A stretch of 49,570 nucleotides of DNA from Candidatus Woesearchaeota archaeon (GTDB lineage: Archaea > Nanobdellota > Nanobdellia > Pacearchaeales > GW2011-AR1), in the NCBI GenBank assembly GCA_964443535.1, contig CAYUCQ010000003.1, positions 1-49,570 of the forward strand, in the 5' to 3' direction. The position numbers were made by a program, and so were the translations under genes. The notes beneath the pieces are model-generated. The model made no database searches. It had not been told where the DNA came from and saw only the letters and a program-made list of their open reading frames with translations. This document shows, one piece after another, positions 42,545 to 49,570 of this stretch (the stretch's first letter is position 1; each line of letters begins with the position of its first letter).

Positions 42545-43765
42545 ATGAAAAAGAGAGTTATTTGGATAACATTTTGGGCAATTTTTTTAGTCTTTCTAAT
42601 CAACAGCGTTAGTGCTATTTCAACAAACTTGAAGGCAGAATATGAAAGGGGCGAGAGCATCATCATTGAGATTCAGGGCAGCATCCTTGAGCCAATTGAT
42701 TCTTCAGATGTTGAATTCTTGAGAGGGCATGTTTCTGTGCCTCTTGAATATAACTTGAGGATAATTTCTGGAAGATATTTTCTTTGGGCTATTGCGCCGC
42801 AAAATGCAAATAATTACACTCTTGTAATAAATAATGTTGCAACATCTTCTGGCGGAAAAGTTACAAGAGAGTCTTTTAGGCAGAATTTTTCTGTTAATGG
42901 AAATTTGACAGATTATAGCATAAAGCCAGGATTTATTTTCACAAATCAAGATTTCACTATTTCTGTGCAATTAAATGAAGATTCTCAAAAGACAATAAAC
43001 ACTAGTTTTCCTAGTGAAAGAGATATTGTTCTAAAGCCTGAAAAAAATGATGTTAAATTTTCCATAAATAGTGTTAATGGAAGCGGATTTGTAGATATAA
43101 AAATAGGCAAATATACATTGCCTGCATATATTATTTCTGAAGCTAAAATAACTCCTTTTGAGATAAATCCAAAGCGCATTGATGGAATTGCGCTTTCTGG
43201 TAAGGCTATAGCTTATCCTTTTCAAATCATAAATCTTGAAGATAAAAAAGTTGATGTGAGCATAGAATATCAAAAAGATTTATTCTCTATTGAGAAAGAT
43301 TTTATCTCCCTAAATCCTAAAGCTGCTGTGGAGTTGAATATCAGCCTTATTGGAGAGATTGATGAAACAATCAAAAAGCAGGGCTTGAATAATAGTATTT
43401 TTATCAAGTCAGGCAGTTTTTCTGCAGAACTGCCTATTGCAATAATATTTACAGAAGATGAAGGTGAGGTTGAAACACCTTATCTTGATGAATATGAAGA
43501 ATTAGTTTATTGCCCTCAACTTGGGGGAATTGTCTGCACTGCTGGCGAAGTTTGCAGTGGAGAGATTAGAACAAGCCTTGATGGAGCTTGCTGCATTGGA
43601 AGCTGCGGAAATCAAACAGACAGCAGCTACAAGCCTTGGGTAGGATATACAATAGCAGGAGTATTATTTGTAGTAATTTTATTCATATTCTGGAGATATA
43701 AAAAGACAAAGGGCAAGAGCGAGTTTGGAAAGAGAGTTGAAGATGCAGAAGAGAAGTTGAAGTGA
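42545..43765 (+). CDS. type I membrane surface protein with juxtamembrane Cys-rich module
   Basis: Signal peptide FWAIFLVFLINSVSA. Cys module CPQLGGIVCTAGEVCSGEIRTSLDGACCIGSCG at ~43509-43610. TM segment VGYTIAGVLFVVILFIFW. Confidence 0.65.
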   Translation: MKKRVIWITFWAIFLVFLINSVSAISTNLKAEYERGESIIIEIQGSILEPIDSSDVEFLRGHVSVPLEYNLRIISGRYFLWAIAPQNANNYTLVINNVATSSGGKVTRESFRQNFSVNGNLTDYSIKPGFIFTNQDFTISVQLNEDSQKTINTSFPSERDIVLKPEKNDVKFSINSVNGSGFVDIKIGKYTLPAYIISEAKITPFEINPKRIDGIALSGKAIAYPFQIINLEDKKVDVSIEYQKDLFSIEKDFISLNPKAAVELNISLIGEIDETIKKQGLNNSIFIKSGSFSAELPIAIIFTEDEGEVETPYLDEYEELVYCPQLGGIVCTAGEVCSGEIRTSLDGACCIGSCGNQTDSSYKPWVGYTIAGVLFVVILFIFWRYKKTKGKSEFGKRVEDAEEKLK

Positions 43766-44269
43766 TTATTTTTTCTTTGATTTACCTTTTTTCTTGGCTT
43801 CTTTCTTTGGAACTTTTGTTTCTACTTGAGCTTGGGCATCTGGCTGCTTGAAAAGATGGGGTGCAACTTCATAGAGCTTTTTTGTGATTATCTCTTTTTC
43901 AACAAGAGCTTTCTTTGTTATTGCATCATAATCATGCAGTCTTTGGATTAACCTGTTTCCTAATTCATTTAAATCTATATTTCCCATTGCTATCTTCTCT
44001 GGATGAATTATTTCTATATGCGCAGGCATATAGGCGAATAAGACGCCGAAATAATCATTTAGCGATTCTAATTCTAGAGCTAGTTCGGTAAATGAAGTGA
44101 ATAAGTCTTTTGAGCTTTCAACAGGTATTGGCTCGTGATTAGTTTTCTCAAGAATTTTTACTCCTTTTTCAGCGCCTAGCTTATTAATTAATAAATTTAG
44201 CGCTTCGCTTACATGCTCTTTGGGACGCCCAAGAATTTCCAGAACCATGTTTGCCTGCATGCTTACCAT
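43766..44269 (-). CDS. hypothetical protein with Lys-rich C-terminal tail
   Basis: ORF track only. No motif recognised. Confidence 0.45.
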   Translation of the reverse strand: MVSMQANMVLEILGRPKEHVSEALNLLINKLGAEKGVKILEKTNHEPIPVESSKDLFTSFTELALELESLNDYFGVLFAYMPAHIEIIHPEKIAMGNIDLNELGNRLIQRLHDYDAITKKALVEKEIITKKLYEVAPHLFKQPDAQAQVETKVPKKEAKKKGKSKKK

Positions 44270-44313
44270 AGAATTTTATAATATTATTGCTTTTAAATAT
44301 TGTGTCAAGATTG

Positions 44314-44988
44314 TCAAAGTCTTTTAAAAGAGAGCAAAACTATTATTGCTATGCAGAGAGCTATAAATCCATAAAGAATCCAATTTCTAAAGGATTGCTG
44401 CTTTGTTTCGTAAACTTGGCTTATTTTTTGTGAGGGTTTTGCCTTTAAGACTATTTTTTCTTGAACTAACTCTGGAGTTGAATTTAACTGGACTTGTTGA
44501 GGAGCTATTTTTTCTTCTTTGAGGGGCTTGACTTTAACATCTTCTTTTTCATCTTCCTCTTCGTCTTTTGAATTCTTGGTTTCTTGCTTTTCTTCTTGTT
44601 CTTCTTCTGGCTCTTCTTCAACTTGATTTGCGACTATTGGCTTGCATACTGGAGCAGAAGCTTGGCTTCCTTTTCTTAATCTTGCGCATATATCCCAGTT
44701 ACCTGCTTTTGTAATTTTTAGATTAAATTCTAATTGAGCTGGAAATGCCTCTTTTACATAATAATAAGAGCTCTGCCAGTCATTGCTGTTGTAAATCTGG
44801 GAAATTGTTTTTGAATCTGCGTCTTCAACAAATATCTTTACATCGTGAATTTCCTCGCTATCTGCGCTTATTGAAGCCTTGAATTCTTCATTCATATCAA
44901 CTGAATCAGGAGCAGATAACTGCAGCTCAAGGGCAGATATTAGCGGAAAGAGGAAAAGAGAAAGCAGGCTAATAGCCATAAATCTCAT
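44314..44988 (-). CDS. acidic type I membrane surface protein
   Basis: I chose the Met at 44988 (MRFMAISLLSLFLFPLISA signal peptide). Acidic EEEPEEEQEEKQE stretch. C-terminal TM segment ILYGFIALCIAIIVLLSF. Confidence 0.55.
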   Translation of the reverse strand: MRFMAISLLSLFLFPLISALELQLSAPDSVDMNEEFKASISADSEEIHDVKIFVEDADSKTISQIYNSNDWQSSYYYVKEAFPAQLEFNLKITKAGNWDICARLRKGSQASAPVCKPIVANQVEEEPEEEQEEKQETKNSKDEEEDEKEDVKVKPLKEEKIAPQQVQLNSTPELVQEKIVLKAKPSQKISQVYETKQQSFRNWILYGFIALCIAIIVLLSFKRL

Positions 44989-45706
44989 AATGCGCGAGCT
45001 TTCCTTCTTTGTCAAATATGTATAATGTGTCTCTGTCATTGTTCCAGACATTTGTTTTTGCGCCCCAAAATATGTCTGTGGCATTGTCTTTTCCTGCTAC
45101 AGTATGGAGCATTACCTCTTTTATCTGCAGTTCTTTAAATTTATAATATTTTGTACTCTCGTCTTTTAGCAGAAAACCTGACGTATCAAGAGCACATTTA
45201 TTTATTATTGTGACTTTTTCGTTTTCTTTATCTATATCTGATTCAAAGCAATCTGAAAATTCTGATTTTTCCCATATTCCTTTCCCGTTCTTTATTGCTT
45301 CTGCTTCTGCCTTTGCAAAATCTCTAAGCTCTGATTCTTCAACTAAAAACTTTGATGCAAAACCTTGCCTTACTAATTCAAGATTTATGTAATCTGGACT
45401 GTAAACTCTACCTAATACTCTTCCGTATCTTTCTGTTCCCATTATTTCTAATTCTATAGACTTGTTAAGAAATTGATTTAGATAGCTTATTGCTAATTCA
45501 TAATTAATAGTATTTTTTTCAGGAGTATTGATATTTGAGAGTCTTATTATTCTTCCGTCTTCAAGCTGAAAAGTATCTCCATCAATAACGCGGGAAACTA
45601 CTACTTGCTCTCTTGCTAGAGAAAATTGAGACTTAAATGCGAGAAAATTTGCAGCTATTAATATTGTTATTATAACTGCAAATATTAGGGCGTGTTTTCT
45701 TTCCAT
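44969..45706 (-). CDS. membrane-anchored staphylococcal-nuclease (SNase) homologue fused to a lamin-tail-like domain
   Basis: N-terminal TM segment ALIFAVIITILIAANFLA. SNase motifs VIDGDTFQLEDGRIIRLSNINTPE and RYGRVLGRVY. The C-terminal VTIINKC...GFLLKDES...WNNDRDTLYIFDKEGK resembles LTD. Confidence 0.75.
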   Translation of the reverse strand: MERKHALIFAVIITILIAANFLAFKSQFSLAREQVVVSRVIDGDTFQLEDGRIIRLSNINTPEKNTINYELAISYLNQFLNKSIELEIMGTERYGRVLGRVYSPDYINLELVRQGFASKFLVEESELRDFAKAEAEAIKNGKGIWEKSEFSDCFESDIDKENEKVTIINKCALDTSGFLLKDESTKYYKFKELQIKEVMLHTVAGKDNATDIFWGAKTNVWNNDRDTLYIFDKEGKLAHYEIYGY

Positions 45707-46180
45707 TTATAATTTCAATATCTTCTTTTGTGCGCTTATAGAGTTGTAGAATTTTTCTATGTTCTCGTGATTTAAGACTAGCGTTGACGTGTTAATATTT
45801 GGATGAAATCCTGCAGATTCTGCATCCCATAATTCCTTATCTATTATCAAGCATGTGTTTTTTGCGTAAATCATGCCAAACAAGGAAACACTTCCCGGAG
45901 TAAGATTTAGCTCTTTTTTCAGCTCTTCGATGGATGCGAAATGAAGTTCTTTTGCTCCTAATTTTTCTTTCATGAGCCTTGTGTTCAATCTTTTTTCTGC
46001 TAAAAGAACTATAAGATAAAAGCTGCCTTTTTCGTCTTTAAGGAAAAGACATTTGGTGTGCTTGCCTGGAATTTCTATTTTTATTGAGCTTGATTGTGAT
46101 ACTGTAAAAACCGCAGGATGCTCATAAGATTTGTATTGAATATTGTACTTGTTTAAATACCGCCTTAGTTTTTCGTCCAT
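45707..46180 (-). CDS. YbaK/ProX-type aminoacyl-tRNA deacylase domain protein
   Basis: HTKCLFLKDEKGSFYLIVLLAEKRLNTRLMKEKLGAKELHFASIEELKKELNLTPGSVSLFG. Confidence 0.6.
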   Translation of the reverse strand: MDEKLRRYLNKYNIQYKSYEHPAVFTVSQSSSIKIEIPGKHTKCLFLKDEKGSFYLIVLLAEKRLNTRLMKEKLGAKELHFASIEELKKELNLTPGSVSLFGMIYAKNTCLIIDKELWDAESAGFHPNINTSTLVLNHENIEKFYNSISAQKKILKL

Positions 46181-46271
46181 CTATGTTTTCTGCAATTAAG
46201 CTTATTATATTTTTCTGCTAGAAGCGAATAATTTATATAATACAATGGGATAAAAAGCTTGAAAGAAAAAA

Positions 46272-46511
46272 ATGGCTAAGAAAATTGTTGTCTTTGGAAC
46301 GACTGTGTGTCCGTGGTGCCAGAAAACAAGGGAATTTTTAAGCTCACACAAGATAAAATATACAGACATAAATGTTGGGGAGAATAAAAAAGCACTTGAT
46401 GAAATGGTTAAAAAATCTGGACAAATGGGAGTTCCTGTCATTGATATTGACGGAAAAATAGTAGTTGGGTTTGACGAGCCTAAACTAAAGAAAATTTTGA
46501 AGATAAAATGA
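46272..46511 (+). CDS. glutaredoxin/NrdH-like small redoxin
   Basis: CPWC active site and GVPVIDIDGKIVVGFD. 79 aa. Confidence 0.8.
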   Translation: MAKKIVVFGTTVCPWCQKTREFLSSHKIKYTDINVGENKKALDEMVKKSGQMGVPVIDIDGKIVVGFDEPKLKKILKIK

Positions 46512-46583
46512 TGGCCTTTTCTTATTATATGATTATTATACTATACAAATCTTTAAAATAATGGCACATCTCTTATAAAAAGA

Positions 46584-46940
46584 ATGTTTTGGAAAAAATT
46601 CAATCAGAGATTACTTTTAATTAAACAAGGAGAAAAATCACACTATCAGCTTTGGGATGAAAATACATTGCAAAATTCATTTCGTGGGAAATTTGGTTGT
46701 TATATTGCCATAGGTTTTGGTAATACAATAGATGATCTAATTGAAGGTATAAACGAGAGAGGTATTGATCTTTCATCATATAAATTTATCTCAACATTGC
46801 CAACACCCCATGCTAGTTTAAATGATGTAGGTGGAACTTTTCCTGTAATTGTAGAAGAAATAATTGATTTTCAAAGAAAGTATATAAGAAGAAATCAAGA
46901 AAAATTAACTTACCAGAAATCAGTTGGAGTAAAGAATTGA
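46584..46940 (+). CDS. hypothetical protein
   Basis: ORF track only. Confidence 0.4.
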   Translation: MFWKKFNQRLLLIKQGEKSHYQLWDENTLQNSFRGKFGCYIAIGFGNTIDDLIEGINERGIDLSSYKFISTLPTPHASLNDVGGTFPVIVEEIIDFQRKYIRRNQEKLTYQKSVGVKN

Positions 46941-47023
46941 AATTCAATACAATTTTTTCTAATAAAATATCTATTCAATTCTTTTAACGAATAATTTATA
47001 TAGAGATTTTTATTAAGAGATTT

Positions 47024-47995
47024 ATGACTAAAGAAAAAAGCAAAAAAGAGAATTATGACTTTATTATTTTGGGAGCAGGTGTTGCTGGTCTGGCAGCAGC
47101 AATGTATGGAGCAAGGCTTGGACTGAAGACATTGTGCCTTGGCGCTTCGCACGGAACTGAATTGCCTATTGGAGGAGTTATTACGACAACAAATGTTGTT
47201 GAAAACTATCCTGGCTTTATTCGTTTAACCGGAACAGAGCTTTCTGACAAAATTAAAGACCACGCGCTGTCTTACGAGCTTGTCAAGATAAAAGAAGAAA
47301 AAGTTGAGCATATTGAAAAGAAAAAAGATATTTTTGCTGTTAGAACGTCTAAGGCAGAATATGAAGGAAAAACTATTTTATTTGCGACAGGCACTAAATG
47401 GAAAAAATTAGAAGTGCCTGGAAGCAAGGAATTTGAAAATAAAGGAGTTGCTTATTGCGCTCTTTGCGACGCAGTATTATTTAGAAATAAGATAGTGGCT
47501 GTTGTTGGAGGATCTGATTCTTCTGCAAAAGAAGCTTTAGTGCTGGCAGAACATGCAAAGAAAGTTTACATAATTTACAGAGGAGAGCAAATCCGCCCAG
47601 AACCTGTTAACATGGAGAGAGTAAAATCAAATAAAAAAATAGAAGTCATAACAAAAACAAATGTTATTGAAGTCAAAGGTAGCCAGTTTGTTGAATCAGT
47701 TATTTTAGACAGGGAGCATAACAAAAGCAAGGAATTGAAGCTAGATGGTGTTTTTGTTGCAATAGGGCATATTGCATTGTCTGAAGTTGCTGGAAAGCTT
47801 GGGGTAAAGCTGAATGAAAAAGGAGAAATAATAATTGACCATAAAACTTCTGAAACAAGCATGAAAGGAGTTTATGCTGCAGGAGATGTTGCTGACAAGC
47901 CATTTAAGCAGGCAATTACAGGAGTTGCAGAAGGATGCACTGCTGCTTATTCTGCGTTTGAATATATTACAAAGGACAAAGTCAAGGCTAATTAA
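47024..47995 (+). CDS. trxB: thioredoxin reductase
   Basis: DFIILGAGVAGLAAAMY (FAD), CALCDA redox centre, VVGGSDSSAKEA (NAD(P)H), AAGDVAD. Confidence 0.85.
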   Translation: MTKEKSKKENYDFIILGAGVAGLAAAMYGARLGLKTLCLGASHGTELPIGGVITTTNVVENYPGFIRLTGTELSDKIKDHALSYELVKIKEEKVEHIEKKKDIFAVRTSKAEYEGKTILFATGTKWKKLEVPGSKEFENKGVAYCALCDAVLFRNKIVAVVGGSDSSAKEALVLAEHAKKVYIIYRGEQIRPEPVNMERVKSNKKIEVITKTNVIEVKGSQFVESVILDREHNKSKELKLDGVFVAIGHIALSEVAGKLGVKLNEKGEIIIDHKTSETSMKGVYAAGDVADKPFKQAITGVAEGCTAAYSAFEYITKDKVKAN

Positions 47996-48032
47996 CGAAA
48001 AGATTAATAAAGAGCTAGAATCTTGTCATATT

Positions 48033-49451
48033 ATGAAAGAAAGAATTGTTTTGGCATTGATTTTATCAATTTTTGTAATATCCCTTGTATCTGCTGAACA
48101 AAATATTTATTTGTCTAGTGATGATCCAAAACAAGATGTTTCTATTGAAGGAGAGTCTTATTCTTTAGAATTAGTATCTGCGACTGATAATGTGGCAGTC
48201 ATAAAAGTATCTCAGACTAAAGAGATTGGCGAAACTTATTCGGAGAATATAAACGGCATAAAGATACGTTTAGTTCGAGCGGACGAAACGAATCTTAAAT
48301 TGTCTACACAAATAAAAGTTATAATGAAAGAAGGATCATATATTAATTTGGATTCTAACGATGCAAAGAAAGAAATTGATATTGATGGAAAGACGTACAT
48401 AATAGAATTGGTTTCTGCTAGTGATACAAGTGCGACTATAAAAGTTAGTGATAATCAAGGTAATAGCGAGACTAAAGAGGTTGGAGAGTCTTATTCTGAG
48501 AATATTAATGGGATTTTAATTGATTTAATTAGGGCGGATGAGACGAATCTTAAATTGTCTACTTCTATTATAGTTAAGGAAATCTCAGAAATTGCAGAAT
48601 TAGATTCATTAGAATTAGTTAAAAAAGAGATTTTAGCAGGTAATGAACCTTATCTTATAGAATTGGTTTCTGCATCAGATAGTTCTGGAAATTTTAAAGT
48701 TTCACAGATGAAAGAAATTGCTGAAGGGAGTTCTAAGAAACTCGCTGGTTTAGATATTAAAGTTATAAATACTGATGAAAATAATTTTAAACTGTCTGCT
48801 TCTATTGTTATAGGCTCTTCAGAAATAGAAAAAGATGAGGAAGTAAAGAAAGAACAAAATCAATATAGTGAGCAAAAAATTAGCCTAAACAGCGAGAGTC
48901 CTAGTGCGGGATTTATTGTAAATAAAAATAATTATAAAATTGAATTAATTTCTGCATCAGACAGTTCTGCAACTTTAAAAGTTGTTAATAATGAAGGCAA
49001 GAGTGAAACTAAAGAAATTGCTGAATTAACTAAAGGAGAGATAAATGGCGTAAAGATTAAAGTTGTTGAGACTGAAGAGATGAATTTGAAATTAAGTGTT
49101 TTACTGATAGTATATGGGGTCTCTGAAAAAGAAGACGATGACGATTTGAATGATAAAGAAGAAAAAGAGGATGATGATGACGAAGATGAATTTGAGGATA
49201 ATGATAAGGATGATGAAATTGCTGTTTGCAATGGATGTTCATTAGAAGATAAATGCTATCCATTAGGATATAGAAAAGATGGAAAATTCTGCTCTGAAAA
49301 CAAGGAATTTAGTGTTCAGCTAGAAGTTGGAATTGCCTGCGAGAACAATTTTGAATGCTCAAGTAATGTTTGCGCTTCTGGCGAGTGTATTGACGCTGGT
49401 TTGATTAGAAGAATATTAAACTGGTTCAAGAGATTATTTGGCTCTAATTAA
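48033..49451 (+). CDS. secreted repeat protein (4 tandem ~75-80 aa modules, acidic linker, Cys-rich C-terminus)
   Basis: True start MKERIVLALILSIFVISLVSA at 48033; the track start at 47874 overlaps trxB. Repeats of the form Y-x-(I/L)EL(V/I)SA(S/T)D...KV...NG..I......NLKLS. Then a DDDD/E linker and CNGC...CASGEC. Confidence 0.7.
   Translation: MKERIVLALILSIFVISLVSAEQNIYLSSDDPKQDVSIEGESYSLELVSATDNVAVIKVSQTKEIGETYSENINGIKIRLVRADETNLKLSTQIKVIMKEGSYINLDSNDAKKEIDIDGKTYIIELVSASDTSATIKVSDNQGNSETKEVGESYSENINGILIDLIRADETNLKLSTSIIVKEISEIAELDSLELVKKEILAGNEPYLIELVSASDSSGNFKVSQMKEIAEGSSKKLAGLDIKVINTDENNFKLSASIVIGSSEIEKDEEVKKEQNQYSEQKISLNSESPSAGFIVNKNNYKIELISASDSSATLKVVNNEGKSETKEIAELTKGEINGVKIKVVETEEMNLKLSVLLIVYGVSEKEDDDDLNDKEEKEDDDDEDEFEDNDKDDEIAVCNGCSLEDKCYPLGYRKDGKFCSENKEFSVQLEVGIACENNFECSSNVCASGECIDAGLIRRILNWFKRLFGSN
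48102..49110 (+). repeat. four in-frame tandem coding repeats (~240-290 nt period)
   Basis: Example: GCGGACGAAACGAATCTTAAATTGTCTAC (near 48283) versus GCGGATGAGACGAATCTTAAATTGTCTAC (near 48533). The peptide-level repeats are listed in the CDS entry. Confidence 0.75.
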
Positions 49452-49526
49452 AGACCGGGTTGATTGGAAAAATTCAGCTATTTTCTTCTTAATGCTTTTT
49501 TGAACTTAGGTATCTTGTGACATCCT

Positions 49527-49546
49527 CCTCGCACTAAAGTGCGAGG
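49527..49546. repeat. perfect 8-bp hairpin CCTCGCAC-taaa-GTGCGAGG
   Basis: Read directly. Lies ~75 nt after the repeat-protein stop and after T-runs. It has the same CCTYGCAC-N4-GTGCRAGG form as 9694-9713. Confidence 0.5.
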
Positions 49547-49570
49547 CGTCCTAGTCGCTTACTGATTTTC

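Noticed and set aside
44989-45084. A 32-codon N-terminal extension of the acidic surface protein ORF, overlapping the nuclease gene.
   Set aside because: The internal Met at 44988 starts a clear signal peptide. The extension would overlap the SNase-LTD gene by 116 nt.
46205-46441. A 78-aa minus-strand ORF overlapping the glutaredoxin-like gene.
   Set aside because: It lies opposite a gene with a clear CPWC redoxin motif and encodes a hydrophobic low-complexity peptide.
47874-48032. A 53-codon N-terminal extension of the repeat-protein ORF, overlapping the 3' end of trxB.
   Set aside because: The extension overlaps trxB by 122 nt and has no signal peptide. The Met at 48033 begins a textbook signal peptide (MKERIVLALILSIFVISLVSA).
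49500-49570. Possible tRNA or split-tRNA half at the right edge, because of the GC-rich hairpin.
   Set aside because: An 8-bp stem with a 4-nt loop does not fit an anticodon or T arm. No acceptor, D or T-loop consensus is visible, and the window ends too soon to judge.

Overview
This is an AT-rich archaeal chromosome segment, roughly one third GC by eye. Its compact gene packing and content fit a reduced, DPANN-like archaeon; that taxonomic call is inference only. All family calls come from motifs and gene order I recognise. No searches were run.

Core content:
- The 5' ~180 nt of a 16S rRNA sits at the left edge on the minus strand.
- A minus-strand cluster runs rps2, enolase, ASCH, rpoK, rrp42, rrp41, rrp4 and SBDS (the exosome superoperon). 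psmA lies on the opposite strand.
- A nearly complete archaeal ribosomal-protein superoperon occupies 35363 down to 18271 on the minus strand: rpl3, rpl4, rpl23, rpl2, rps19, rpl22, rps3, rpl29, sui1, rps17, rpl14, rpl24, then rps4e, rpl5, rps14, rps8, rpl6, rpl32e, rpl19e, rpl18, rps5, rpl30, rpl15, secY and a DUF106 insertase.
- Also present are PCNA, a primase, and a glutaredoxin-like protein plus thioredoxin reductase pair.

Accessory or unusual content:
1. A ~62-bp duplicate of the rps2 3' end brackets a 1.2-kb vapBC cassette.
2. A 3-kb islet (wHTH-MNT/HEPN, an orphan 249-aa gene with a decayed copy of its own 3' end, and AbrB-PIN) splits the rpl24/rps4e junction.
3. A DEDDh exonuclease and a 93-aa orphan are stop/start-coupled inside the ribosomal operon.
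4. uL22 carries a histidine-rich N-terminal extension.
5. A type II restriction-modification pair sits with two small wHTH genes and four ~23.5-bp periodic repeats.
6. The primase has a cysteine-free PriL-CTD/PriX-like tail.
7. A 2489-aa multi-enzyme surface protein is wedged between SBDS and psmA.
8. There is a group of membrane-anchored surface proteins, two of which share a cysteine module, plus an anchored SNase-lamin-tail nuclease.

I saw no CRISPR array, tRNA, transposase or integrase.
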